A stretch of DNA of 64,000 nt, taken from the NCBI RefSeq assembly GCF_009914755.1, contig NC_060945.1; one strand, 5' to 3'. The translations under genes and the position numbers were made by a program. The notes beneath the pieces are model-generated. The model searched no databases, was not told where the DNA came from, and worked only from the letters and a program-made list of their open reading frames with translations. How positions within the stretch are numbered: position 1 is the stretch's first letter; every line of letters begins with the position of its first letter. This document shows positions 26,401 to 41,500 of this stretch, piece by piece. The DNA is from the human T2T-CHM13v2.0 reference genome, Homo sapiens.

Positions 26401-29400
26401 AATCTCTGCACTGATCACCTAGGTGATGTAACGCTTGTCTACCCTCTGTCCAACGGGGCATTGTGAAATATCTCTGCACTGATCACCCAGGTCATTCAAC
26501 TCTTGACTAGGATCTGCCTACAGAGGTTATTGTGAAATATCTCTGCACTGATAAACTAGGTGGTGTAATCCTTATCGAAGCTCTGCCTACAGGGGCGTTT
26601 TCACATATCCCTGAAGTGATGACAAAGGTGATGTAACCCTTGCCTAGGCTTTGCCTACAGGGGACATAGGACATATATCTGCACTGATCACCCAGGTGAT
26701 GCGACTCTAGCCTAGGCTTTGCCTACAGGTTACATTGTGACATATCGCTTCAATGATCACCCATGTGATGCAACTCTTGCCTAGGCTTTGCCTACAGGGG
26801 ACATTGTGACATATCTCTGCACTGATTTCCCAGGTGCTGTAACATTATTCTAGACTCTGGCTACACGGCATTGTGAGATATCACTGCACTGATCAGCCAG
26901 GTGATATAACACTTGTCTAGGCCCTGCCTACAGGGGGCTTGTGACATATCTCTGCACTGATCACCCAGGTGATATAACTCTTCTCTAGGATCTGCCTACA
27001 GGGTGCATTGCGACATATCCCTGCAATGATCACCCAGGTGATCTAACTCTTGTTTAAGCTCTGCCTAAAGGGGCATTGTGACAGACCTCTGCACTGATCA
27101 CTCAGGTGATGTAACTATTGTCTAGGCTCTGCTTAAAGGGGCCTTGTCACATACCTCTGCACTGATCACCCAGGTGATGTAACTCTTGTCTAGCCTCTGC
27201 TTTCACGGCATATTGTGACATATCCATGCGCTGATCACCTTAGTGATGTAACACTTGTGTAGGCTCGGCCTACAGGGGAATATTGACATATCTCTGCACT
27301 GTTAACCGAGGTGATTTAACTCTTGTCTAGGCTGTGCCCACAGGGGGATTGAGACATGTCTCTGCACTGATCCCGAGGTGATCCAACTGTTGCCTGGTCT
27401 CTGCCTCCTGGGGACATTGTGACATATCTCTGCACTGATCTCCCAGGTGCTGTAACTTTAGTCTAGGCTCTGGCTACACGGCATTGTGACATATCACTGC
27501 ACTGATCACCCAGGTGATATAAAACTTGTCTAGGCTCTGCCTACAATGGCCTTGTGACATATCTCTGCAGTGATCACCCAGGTGATATAACTCTTCTCTA
27601 GGATCTGACCACAGGGTGCTTTGTGGCATTTCCCTGCAATGATCACCCAGGTGATATACCACTTGCCAAGGCTCTGCCTACAGTGGCATTGCAATGTATC
27701 TCTGCACTGATCATCTCGGTCTTGTAACTCTTTTCTAGGATCTGCCCACAGGGTGCCTTTTGACGTATCCCAGCAAGGATTACCCAGGTGATGTACCTCT
27801 CATCAAGGCTCTGCCTACAGGCACATTGCGATGTATCTCTGCACTGATCACCTAGGTCATGTAACTTTTGTCTAGGCTCTGCCTACGATGGCATTGTGAC
27901 ATATCTCTGCACTAATCATCCAAGTGATGTAACCCTTGTCTAGGATCTGCCTAAATTAACTTTGTGACATATCCCTGTACTGATCATCCAGGTGATGGGG
28001 CTTTTGTCTAGGCTCTGCCTAAGGGGGCATTGTGACATATTTCTGCATTGATCACCCAGGTGGCGAACTATTCTCTTGGATCTGCCTATGGGGGCATTGT
28101 GACAAATTTCTGCACTGATCACCCAGGTGATGTAACTGTTGTGTAACCTCTGCCTACAGGGGAATTGTGAGAGATCTCGCCACTGATCACCCAAGTGATG
28201 TAACCATTGTCTAGGGTTTGCGTACAGGGTGCTTTGTGACATACCTTTGCACTGATCACCCAGGTGATGTAACACATCTAAGTTCGGCCTAAAGGAGCTT
28301 TGTGACATATCTCTGCACTGATCACTTAAGTGATGGAACACTTTTATAAGCACTGCCTACAGGGAATTTTGACAAATCTCTGCACTGATCACCTAGGTGA
28401 TGTAACGCTTGTCTACCCTCTGTCCAACGGGGCATTGTGAAATATCTCTGCACTGATCACACAGGTCATTCAACTCTTGACTAGGATCTGCCTACAGGGG
28501 TTATTGTGAAATATCTCTGCACTGATAAACTAGGTGGTGTAATCCTTATCGAAGCTCTGCCTACAGGGGCGTCTTCACATATCCCTGAAGTGATGACAAA
28601 GGTGATGTAACCCTTGCCTAGGCTTTGCCTACAGGGGACATAGGACATATATCTGCACTGATCACGCAGGTGATGCAACTCTAGCCTAGGCTTTGCCTAC
28701 AGGGGACATTGTGACATATCGATTCAATGATCACCCATGTGATGCAACTCTTGCCTAGGCTTTGCCTACAGGGGACATTGTGACATATCTCTGCACTGAT
28801 CTCCCAGGTGCTGTAACATTAGTCTAGACTCTGGCTACACGGCATTGTGACAAATCACTGCACTGATCAACCAGGTGATATAACTCTTGTCTAGGCCCTG
28901 CCTACAGGGGGCTTGTGACATATCTCTGCACTGATCACCCTGGTGATATAACTCTTCTCTAGGATCTGCCTACAGGGTGCTTTGCGACATATCCCTGCAA
29001 TGATCACCCAGGTGATCTAACTCTTGTTTTAGCTCTGCATAAAGGGGCATTGTGACAGACCTCTGCACTGATCACTCAGGTGATGTAACTATTGTCTAGG
29101 CTCGGCTTAAAGGGGCCTTGTCACATACCTCTGCACTGATCACCCAGGTGATGTAACTCTTGTGTAGACTCTGCTTTCACGGCATATTTTGACATATCTA
29201 TGCGTTGATCACCTTAGTGAGGTAACACTTGTGTAGGCTCGGCCTACAGGGGAATATTGACATATCTCTGCACTGTTAACCGAGGTGATTTAACTCTTGT
29301 CTAGGCTGTGCCCACAGGGGGATTGAGACATGTCTCTGCACTGATCCCGAGGTGATCCAACTGTTGCCTGGTCTCTGCCTACTGGGGACATTGTGACATA

Positions 29401-32400
29401 TCTCTGCACTGATCTCCCAGGTGCTGTAACTTTAGTCTAGGCTCTGGCTACACGGCATTGTGACATATCACTGCACTGATCACCCAGGTGATATAAATCT
29501 TGTCTAGGCTCTACCTACAATGGCCTTGTGACATATCTCTGCACTGATCACCCAGGTGATATAACTCTTCTCTAGGATCTGACCACAGGGTGCATTGTGG
29601 CATTTCCCTGCAATGATCACCCAGGTGATATACCACTTGCCAAGGCTCTGCCTACAGGGGCATTGCAATGTATCTCTGCACTGATCACCTCGGTCTTGTG
29701 ACTCTTTTCCAGGATCTGCCCACAGGGTGCCTTGTGACGTATCCCAGCAAGGATTACCCAGGTGATGTACCTCTCATCAAGGCTCTGCCTACAGGCACAT
29801 TGCGATGTATCTCTGCACTGATCACCTAGGTCATGTAACTTTTGTCTAGGCTCTGCCTACGATGGCATTGTGACATATCTCTGCACTAATCATCCAAGTG
29901 ATGTAACCCTTGTCTAGGATCTGCCTAAATTAACTTTGTGACATAACCCTGTACTGATCATCCAGGTGATGGGGCTTTTGTCTAGGCTCTCCCTAAGGGG
30001 GCATTGTGACATATTTCTGCATTGATCACCCAGGTGGCGAACTCTTCTCTTGGATCTGTCTATGGGGGCATTGTGACAAATCTCTGCACTGATCACCCAG
30101 GTGATGTAACTGTTGTGTAACCTCTGCCTACAGGGGAATTGTGAGAGATCTCGCCACTGATCACCCAAGTGATGTAACCATTGTCTAGGGTTTGCGTACA
30201 GGGTGCTTTGTGACATACCTTTGCACTGATCACCCAGGTGATGTAACACATCTAAGTTCGGCCTAAAGGAGCTTTGTGACATAAATCTGCACTGATCACT
30301 TAGGTGATGGAACACTTTTATAAGCACTGCCTACAGGGAATTTTGACAAATCTCTGCACTGATCACCTAGGTGATGTAACGCTTGTCTACCCTCTGTCCA
30401 ACGGGGCATTGTGAAATATCTCTGCACTGATCACCCAGGTGATTCAACTCTTGACTAGGATCTGCCTACAGAGGTTATTGTGAAATATCTCTGCACTGAT
30501 AAACTAGGTGGTGTAATCCTTATCGAAGCTCTGCCTACAGGGGCGTTTTCACATATCCCTGAAGTGATGACAAAGGTGATGTAACCCTTGCCTAGGCTTT
30601 GCGTACAGGGGACATAGGACATATATCTGCACTGATCACCCAGGTGATGCAACTCTAGCCTAGGCTTTGCCTACAGGTTACATTGTGACATATCGCTTCA
30701 ATGATAACCCATGTGATGCAACTCTTGCCTAGGCTTTGCCTACAGGGGACATTGTGACATATCTCTGCACTGATTTCCCAGGGGCTGTAACATTAATCTA
30801 GACTCTGGCTACACGGCATTGTGACATATCACTGCACAGATCAACCAGCTGATATAACACTTGTCTAGGCCCTGCCTACAGGGGGCTTGTGACATATCTC
30901 TGCACTGATCACCCAGGTGATATAACTCTTCTCTAGGATCTGCCTACAGGGTGCTTTGCGACATATCCCTGCAATGATCACCCAGGTGATCTAACTCTTG
31001 TTTAAGCTCTGCCTAAAAGGGCATTGTGACAGACCTCTGCACTGATCACTCAGGTGATGTAACTATTGTCTAGGCTCTGCTTAAAGGGGCCTTGTCACAT
31101 ACCTGTGCACTGATCACCCAGGTGATGTAACTCTTGTCTAGCCTCTGCTTTCACGGCATATTGTGACATATCCATGCGCTGATCACCTTAGTGATGTAAC
31201 ACTTGTGTAGGCTCGGCCTATAGGGGAATATTGACATATCTCTGCACTGTTAACCGAGGTGATTTAACTCTTGTCTATGCTGTGCCCACAGGGGGATTGA
31301 GACATGTCTCTGCACTGATCCCGACGTGATCCAACTGTTGCCTGGTCTCTGCCTACTGGGGACATTGTGACATATCTCTGCACTGATCTCCCAGGTGCTG
31401 TAACTTTAGTCTAGGCTCTGGCTACACGGCATTGTGACATATCACTGCACTGATCACCCAGGTGATATAAATGTTGTCTAGGCTCTGCCTACAATGGCCT
31501 TGTGACATATCTCTGCACTGATCACCCAGGTGATATAACTCTTCTCTAGGATCTGACCACAGGGTGCTTTGTGGCATTTCCCTGCAATGATCACCCAGGT
31601 GATATACCACTTGCCAAGGCTCTGCCTACAGGGGCATTGCAATGTATCTCTGCACTGATCACCTCGGTCTTGTGACTCTTTTCTAGGATCTGCCCACAGG
31701 GTGCCTTGTGACGTATCCCAGCAAGGATTACCCAGGTGATGTACCTCTCATCAAGGCTCTGCCTACAGGCACATTGCGATGTATCTCTGCACTGATCACC
31801 TAGGTCATGTAAATTTTGTCTAGGCTCTGCCTACGATGGCATTGTGACATATCTCTGCACTAATCATCCAAGTGATGTAACCCTTGTCTAGGATCTGCCT
31901 AAATTAACTTTGTGACATAACCCTGTTCTGATCATCCAGGTGATGGGGCTTTTGTCTAGGCTCTCCCTAAGGGGGCATTGTGACATATTTCTGCATTGAT
32001 CACACAGGTGGCGAACTCTTCTCTTGGATCTGCCTATGGGGGCATTGTGACAAATCTCTGCACTGATCACCCAGGTGATGTAACTGTTGTGTAACCTCTG
32101 CCTACAGGGGAATTGTGAGAGATCTCGCCACTGATCACCCAAGTGATGTAACCATTGTCTAGGGTTTGCGTACAGGGTGCTTTGTGACATACCTTTGCAC
32201 TGATCACCCAGGTGATGTAACACATCTAAGTTCGACCTAAAGGAGCTTTGTGACATATCTCTGCACTGATCACTTAGGTGATGGAACACTTTTATAAGCA
32301 CTGCCTACAGGGAATTTTGACAAATCTCTGCACTGATCACCTAGGTGATGTAACGCTTGTCTACCCTCTGTCCAACGGGGTATTGTGAAATATCTCTGCA

Positions 32401-35400
32401 CTGATCACCCAGGTGATTCAACTCTTGACTAGGATCTGCCTACAGAGGTTATTGTGAAATATCTCTGCACTGATAAACTAGGTTGTGTAATCCTTATCGA
32501 AGCTCTGCCTACAGGGGCGTTTTCACATATCCCTGAAGTGATGACAAAGGTGATGTAACACTTGCCTAGGCTTTGCCTACAGGGGACATAGGACATATAT
32601 CTGCACTGATCACCCAGGTGATGCAACTCTAGCCTAGGCTTTGCCTATAGGTTACATTGTGACATATCGCTTCAATGATCACCCATGTGATGCAACTCTT
32701 GCCTAGGCTTTGCCTACAGGGGACATTGTGACATATCTCTGCACTGATCTCCCAGGGGCTGTAACATTAATCTAGACTCTGGCTACACGGCATTGTGACA
32801 TATCACTGCACAGATCAACCAGGTGATACAACCCTTGTCTAGGCCCTGCCTACAGGGGGCTTGTGACATATCTCTGCACTGATCACCCAGGTGATATAAC
32901 TCTTCTCTAGGATCTGCCTACAGGGTGCTTTGCGACATATCCCTGCAATGATCACCCAGGTGATCTAACTCTTGTTTAAGCTCTGCCTAAAGGGGCATTG
33001 TGACAGACCTCTGCACTGATCACTCAGGTGATGTAACTATTGTCTAGGCTCTGCTTAAAGGGGCCTTGTCACATACCTCTGCACTGATCACCCAGGTGAT
33101 GTAACTCTTGTCTAGACTCTGCTTTCACGGCATATTTTGACATATCTATGCGTTGATCACCTTAGTGATGTAACACTTGTGTAGGCTCGGCCTACAGGGG
33201 AATATTGACATATCTCTGCACTGTTAACCGAGGTGATTTAACTCTTGTCTAGGCTGTGCCCACAGGGGGATTTAGACATGTCTCTGCACTGATCCCGAGG
33301 TGATCCAACTGTTGCCTGGTCTCTGCCTACTGGGGACATTGTGACATATCTCTGCACTGATCTCCCAGGTGCTGTAACTTTAGTCTAGGCTCTGGCTACA
33401 CGGCATTGTGACATATCACTGCACTGATCACCCAGGTGATATAAATCTTGTCTAGGCTCTACCTACAATGGCCTTGTGACATATCTCTGCACTTATCACC
33501 CAGGTGATATAACTCTTCTCTAGGATCTGACCACAGGGTGCTTTGTGGCATTTCCCTGCAATGATCACCCAGGTGATATACCACTTGCCAAGGCTCTGCC
33601 TACAGGGGCATTGCAATGTATCTCTGCACTGATCACCTCGGTCTTGTGACTCTTTTCTAGGATCTGCCCACAGGGTGCCTTGTGACGTATCCCAGCAAGG
33701 ATTACCCAGGTGATGTACCTCTCATCAAGGCTCTGCCTACAGGCACATTGCGATGTATCTCTGTACTGATCACCTAGGTCATGTAACTTTTGTCTAGGCT
33801 CTGCCTACGATGGCATTGTGACATATCTCTGCACTAATCATCCAAGTGATGTAACCCTTGTCTAGGATCTGCCTAAATTAACTTTGTGACATAACCCTGT
33901 ACTGATCATCCAGGTGATGGGGCTTTTGTCTAGGCTCTCCCTAAGGGGGCATTGTGACATATTTCTGCATTGATCACCCAGGTGGCGAACTCTTCTCTTG
34001 GATCTGCCTATGGGGGCATTGTGACAAATCTCTGCACTGATCACCCAGGTGATGTAACTGTTGTGTAACCTCTGCCTACAGGGGAATTGTGAGAGATCTC
34101 GCCACTGATCACCCAAGTGATGTAACCATTGTCTAGGGTTTGCGTACAGGGTGCTTTGTGACATACCTTTGCACTGATCATCCAGGTGATGTAACACATC
34201 TAAGTTCGGCCTAAAGGAGCTTTGTGACATATCTCTGCACTGATCACATAGGTGATGGAACAGTTTTATAAGCACTGCCTACAGGGAATTTTGACAAATC
34301 TCTGCACTGATCACCTAGGTCATGTAACGCTTGTCTACCCTCTGTCCAACGGGGCATTGTGAAATATCTCTGCACTGATCACCCAGGTCATTCAACTCTT
34401 GACTAGGATCTGCATACAGAGGTTATTGTGAAATATCTCTGCACTGATAAACTAGGTGGTGTAATCCTTATCGAAGCTCTGCCTACAGGGGCGTCTTCAC
34501 ATATCCCTGAAGTGATGACAACGGTGATGTAACCGTTGCCTAGGCTTTGCCTACAGGGGACATAGGACATATATCTGCACTGATCACCCAGGTGATGCAA
34601 CTCTAGCCTAAGCTTTGCCTACAGGGGACATTCTGACATATCGATTCAAGGATCACCCATGTGATGCAACTCTTGCCTAGGCTTTCCCTACAGGGGACAT
34701 TGTGACATATCTCTGCACTGATCTCCCAGGTGCTGTAACATTAGTCTGGACTCTGGCTACACGGCATTGTGACAAATCACTGCACTGATCAACCAGGTGA
34801 TATAACTCTTGTCTAGGCCCTGCCTACATGGGGCTTGTGACATATCTCTGCACTGATCACCCTGGTGATATAACTCTTCTCTAGGATCTGCCTACAGGGT
34901 GCTTTGCGACATATCCCTGCAATGATCACCCAGGTGATCTAACTCTTGTTTAAGCTCTGCATAAAGGGGCATTGTGACAGACCTCTGCACTGATCACTCA
35001 GGTGATGTAACTATTGTCTAGGCTCGGCTTAAAGGGGCCTTGTTACATACCTCTGCACTGATCACCCAGGTGATGTAACTCTTGTCTAGACTCTGCTTTC
35101 ACGGCATATTTTGACATATCTATGCGTTGATCACCTTAGTGATGTAACACTTGTGTAGGCTCGGCCTACAGGGGAATATTGACATATCTCTGCACTGTTA
35201 ACCGAGGTGATTTAACTCTTGTCTAGGCTGTGCCCACAGGGGCATTGAGACATGTCTCTGCACTGATCCCGAGGTGATCCAACTGTTGCCTGGTCTCTGC
35301 CTACTGGGGACATTGTGACATATCTCTGCACTGATCTCCCAGGTGCTGTAACTTTAGTCTAGGCTCTGGCTACACGGCATTGTGACATATCACTGCACTG

Positions 35401-38400
35401 ATCACCCAGGTGATATAAATCTTGTCTAGGCTCTACCTACAATGGCCTTGTGACATATCTCTGCACTGATCACCCAGGTGATATAACTCTTCTCTAGGAT
35501 CTGACCACAGGGTGCATTGTGGCATTTCCCTGCAATGATCACCCAGGTGATATACCACTTGCCAAGGCTCTGCCTACAGGGGCATTGCAATGTATCTCTG
35601 CACTGATCACCTCGGTCTTGTGACTCTTTTCCAGGATCTGCCCACAGGGTGCCTTGTGACGTATCCCAGCAAGGATTACCCAGGTGATGTACCTCTCATC
35701 AAGGCTCTGCCTACAGGCACATTGCGATGTATCTCTGCACTGATCACCTAGGTCATGTAACTTTTGTCTAGGCTCTGCCTACGATGGCATTGTGACATAT
35801 CTCTGCACTAATCATCCAAGTGATGTAACCCTTGTCTAGGATCTGCCTAAATTAACTTTGTGACATAACCCTGTACTGATCATCCAGGTGATGGGGCTTT
35901 TGTCTAGGCTCTCCCTAAGGGGGCATTGTGACATATTTCTGCATTGATCACCCAGGTGGCGAACTCTTCTCTTGGATCTGTCTATGGGGGCATTGTGACA
36001 AATCTCTGCACTGATCACCCAGGTGATGTAACTGTTGTGTAAACTCTGCCTACAGGGGAATTGTGAGAGATCTCGCCACTGATCACCCAAGTGATGTAAC
36101 CATTTTCTAGGGTTTGCGTACAGGGTGCTTTGTGACATACCTTTGCACTGATCACCCAGGTGATGTAACACATCTAAGTTCGGCCTAAAGGAGCTTTGTG
36201 ACATAAATCTGCACTGATCACTTAGGTGATGGAACACTTTTATAAGCACTGCCTACAGGGAATTTTGACAAATCTCTGCACTGATCACCTAGTTGATGTA
36301 ACGCTTGTCTACCCTCTGTCCAACGGGGCATTGTGAAATATCTCTGCACTGATCACCCAGGTGATTCAACTCTTGACTAGGATCTGCCTACAGAGGTTAT
36401 TGTGAAATATCTCTGCACTGATAAACTAGGTGGTGTAATCCTTATCGAAGCTCTGCCTACAGGGGCGTTTTCACATATCCCTGAAGTGATGACAAAGGTG
36501 ATGTAACCCTTGCCTAGGCTTTGCCTACAGGGGACATAGGACATATATCTGCACTGATCACCCAGGTGATGCAACTGTAGCCTAGGCTTTGCCTACAGGT
36601 TACATTGTGACATATCGCTTCAATGACAACCCATGTGATGCAACTCTTGCCTAGGCTTTGCCTACAGGGGACATTGTGACATATCTCTGCACTGATCTCC
36701 CAGGGGCTGTAACATTAATCTAGACTCTGGCTACACGGCATTGTGACATATCACTGCACAGATCAACCAGCTGATATAACTCTTGTCTAGGCCCTGCCTA
36801 CCGGGGGCTTGTGACATATCTCTGCACTGATCACCCAGGTGATATAACTCTACTCTAGGATCTGCCTACAGGGTGCTTTGTGACATATCCCTGCAATGAT
36901 CACCCAGGTGATCTAACTCTTGTTTAAGCTCTGCCTAAAAGGGCATTGTGACAGACCTCTGCACTGATCACTCAGGTGATGTAACTATTGTCTAGGCTCT
37001 GCTTAAAGGGGCCTTGTCACATACCTCTGCACTGGTCACCCAGGTGATGTAACTCTTGTCTAGCCTCTGCTTTCACGGCATATTGTGACATATCCATGCG
37101 CTGATCACCTTAGTGATGTAACACTTGTGTAGGCTCGGCCTACAGGGGAATATTGACATATCTCTGCACTGTTAACCGAGGTGATTTAACTCTTGTCTAT
37201 GCTGTGCCCACAGGGGGATTGAGATATGTCTCTGCACTGATCCCGAGGTGATCCAACTGTTGCCTGGTCTCTGCCTACTGGGGACATTGTGACATATCTC
37301 TGCACTGATCTCCCAGGTGCTGTAACTTTAGTCTAGGCTCTGGCTACACGGCATTGTGACATATCACTGCACTGATCACCCAGGTGATATAAATCTTGTC
37401 TAGGCTCTGCCTACAATGGCCTTGTGACATATCTCTGCACTGATCACCCAGGTGATATAACTCTTCTCTAGGATCTGACCACAGGGTGCTTTGTGGCATT
37501 TCCCTGCAATGATCACCCAGGTGATATACCACTTGCCAAGGCTCTGCCTACAGGGGCATTGCAATGTATCTCTGCACTGATCACCTCGGTCTTGTGACTC
37601 TTTTCTAGGATCTGCCCACAGGGTGCCTTGTGACGTATCCCAGCAAGGATTACCCAGGTGATGTACCTCTCATCAAGGCTCTGCCTACAGGCACATTGCG
37701 ATGTATCTCTGCACTGATCACCTAGGTCATGTAAATTTTGTCTAGGCTCTGCCTACGATGGCATTGTGACATATCTCTGCACTAATCATCCAAGTGATGT
37801 AACCCTTGTCTAGGATCTGCCTAAATTAACTTTGTGACATAACCCTGTACTGATCATCCAGGTGATGGGGCTTTTGTCTAGGCTCTCCCTAAGGGGGCAT
37901 TGTGACATATTTCTGCATTGATCACACAGGTGGCGAACTCTTCTCTTGGATCTGCCTATGGGGGCATTGTGACAAATCTCTGCACTGATCACCCAGGTGA
38001 TGTAACTGTTGTGTAACCTCTGCCTACAGGGGAATTGTGAGAGATCTCGCCACTGATCACCCAAGTGATGTAACCATTGTCTAGGGTTTGCGTACAGGGT
38101 GCTTTGTGACATACCTTTGCACTGATCACCCAGGTGATGTAACACATCTAAGTTCGGCCTAAAGGAGCTTTGTGACATATCTCTGCACTGATCACTTAGG
38201 TGATGGAACACTTTTATAAGCACTGCCTACAGGGAATTTTGACAAATCTCTGCACTGATCACCTAGGTGATGTAACGCTTGTCTACCCTCTGTCCAACGG
38301 GGTATTGTGAAATATCTCTGCACTGATCACCCAGGTGATTCAACTCTTGACTAGGATCTGCCTACAGAGGTTATTGTGAAATATCTCTGCACTGATAAAC

Positions 38401-38500
38401 TAGGTGGTGTAATCCTTATCGAAGCTCTGCCTACAGGGGCGTTTTCACATATCCCTGAAGTGATGACAAAGGTGATGTAACACTTGCCTAGGCTTTGCCT
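20450..38500. repeat. Sub-array (domain B) with a 3-HOR (5,922-bp) super-periodicity
   Basis: Private variants recur at exactly 5,922 bp (e.g. C>A at 22800/28722/34644). ORF-track pairs with matching private residues: 22018/27940, 29914/35836, 31888/37810. Confidence 0.85.
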
Positions 38501-38569
38501 ACAGGTGACATAGGACATATATCTGCACTGATCACCCAGGTGATGCAACTCTAGCCTAGGCTTTGCCTA

Positions 38570-41500
38570 CAGGGGAGATTGTGACATATCGCTTCAATGA
38601 TCACCCATGTGATGCAACTCTTGCCTTGGCTTTGCCTACAGGGCACATTGTGACATATCTCTGCACTGATCTCCCAGGTGCTGTAACATTAGTCTAGACT
38701 CTGGCTACACGGCATTGTGACATATCACTGCACTGATCAACCAGGTGATATAACTCTTGTCTAGGCCCTGCCTACAGGGGGCTTGTGACATATCTCTGCA
38801 CTGATCACCCAGGTGATATAACTCTTCTCTAGGATCTGCCTACAGGGTGCTTTGTGACATATCCCTGCAATGATCACCCAGGTGATCTAACTCTGGTTTA
38901 AGCTTTGCCTAAAGGGTCATTGTGACAGATCTCTGCACTGATCACTCAGATGATGTAACTATTGTCTAGGCTCTGCTTAAAGGGGCCTTGTCACATACCT
39001 CTGCACTGATCACCCAGGTGATGTAACTCTTGTCTAGCCTCTGCTTTCACGGCATATTGTGACATATCCATGCGCTGATCACCTTAGTGATGTAACACTT
39101 GTGTAGGCTCGGCCTATAGGGGAATATTGACATATCTCTGCACTGTTAACCGAGGTGATTTAACTCTTGTCTAGGCTGTGCCCACAGGGGGATTGAGACA
39201 TATCTCTGCACTGATCCCGAGGTGATCCAACTGTTGCCTGGTCTCTACCTACTGGGGACATTGTGACATATCTCTGCACTGATCTCCCAGGTGCTGTAAC
39301 TTTAGTCTAGGCTCTGGCTACACGGCATTGTGACATATCACTGCACTGATCACCCAGGTGATATAAATCTTGTCTAGGCTCTGCCTACAATGGCCTTGTG
39401 ACATATCTCTGCACTGATCACCCAGGTGATATAACTCTTCTCTAGGATCTGACCGCAGGGTGCTTTGTGGCATTTCCCTGCAATGATCACCCAGGTGATA
39501 TACCACTTGCCAAGGCTCTGCCTACAGGGGCATTGCAATGTATCTCTGCACTGATCACCTCGGTCTTGTAACTCTTTTCTAGGATCTGCGCAGAGGGTGC
39601 CTTGTGACGTATCCCAGCAAGGATTACCCAGGTGATGTACCTCTCATCAAGGCTCTGCCTACAGGCACATTGCGATGTATCTCTGCACTGATCACCTAGG
39701 TCATGTAACTTTTGTCTAGGCTCTGCCTACGATGGCATTGTGACATATCTCTGCAGTAATCATCCAAGTGATGTAACACTTGTCTACGATCTGCCTAAAT
39801 TAACTTTGTGACATAACCCTGTACTGATCATCCAGGTGATGGGGCTTTTGTCTAGGCTCTGCCTAAGGGGGCATTGTGACATATTTCTGCATTGATCACC
39901 CAGGTGGCGAACTCTTCTCTTGGATCTGCCTATGGGGGCGTTGTGACAAATCTCTGCACTGATCACCCAGGTGATGTAACAGTTGTGTAACCTCTGCCTA
40001 CAGGGGAATTGTGAGAGATCTCGCCACTGATCACCCAAGTGATGTAACCATTGTCTAGGCTTTGCGTACAAGGGGCTTTGTGACATACATTTGCACTGAT
40101 CACCCAGGTGATGTAACACATCTAAGTTCGGCCTAAAGGAGCTTTGTGACATATCTCTGCACTGATCACTTAGGTTATGGAACACTTTTATAAGCACTGC
40201 CTACAGGGAATTTTGACAAATCTCTGCACTGATCACCTAGGTGATGTAACGCTTGTCTACCCTCTGTCCAACGGGGCATTGTGAAATATCTCTGCACTGA
40301 TCACCCAGGTGATTCAACTCTTGACTAGGATCTGCCTACAGAGGTTATTGTGAAATATCTCTGCACTGATAAACTAGGTGGTGTAATCCTTATCGAAGCT
40401 CTGCCTACAGGGGCGTTTTCACATATCCCTGAAGTGATGACAAAGGTGATGTAACTCTTGCCTAGGCTTTGCCTACAGGGGACATAGGACATATATCTGC
40501 ACTGATCACCCAGGTGATGCAACTCTAGCCTAGGCTTTGCCTACAGGGGAGATTGTGACATATCGCTTCAGTGATCACCTATGTGATGCAACTCTTGCCT
40601 TGGCTTTGCCTACAGGGCACATTGTGACATATCTCTGCACTGATCTCCCAGGTGCTGTAACATTAGTCTAGACTCTGGCTACACGGCATTGTGACATATC
40701 ACTGCACTGATCAACCAGGTGATATAACTCTTGTCTAGGCCCTGCCTACAGGGGGCTTGTGACATATCTCTGCACTGATCACGAAGGTGATATAACTCTT
40801 CTCTAGGATCTGCCTACAGGGTGCTTTGTGACATATCCCTGCAATGATCACCCAGGTGATCTAACTCTGGTTTAAGCTTTGCCTAAAGGGTCATTGTGAC
40901 AGATCTCTGCACTGATCACTCAGATGATGTAACTATTGTCTAGGCTCTGCTTAAAGGGGCCTTGTCACATACCTCTGCACTGATCACCCAGGTGATGTAA
41001 CTCTTGTCTAGCCTCTGCTTTCACGGCATATTGTGACATATCCATGCGCTGATCACCTTAGTGATGTAACACTTGTGTAGGCTCGGCCTATAGGGGAATA
41101 TTGACATATCTCTGCACTGTTAACCGAGGTGATTTAACTCTTGTCTAGGCTGTGCCCACAGGGGGATTGAGACATATCTCTGCACTGATCCCGAGGTGAT
41201 CCAACTGTTGCCTGGTCTCTGCCTACTGGGGACATTGTGACATATCTCTGCACTGATCTCCCAGGTGCTGTAACTTTAGTCTAGGCTCTGGCTACACGGC
41301 ATTGTGACATATCACTGCACTGATCACCCAGGTGATATAAGTCTTGTCTATGCTCTGCCTACAATGGCCTTGTGACATATCTCTGCACTGATCACCCAGG
41401 TGATATAACTCTTCTCTAGGATCTGACCACAGGGTGCTTTGTGGCATTTCCCTGCAATGATCACCCAGGTGATATACCACTTGCCAAGGCTCTGCCTACA

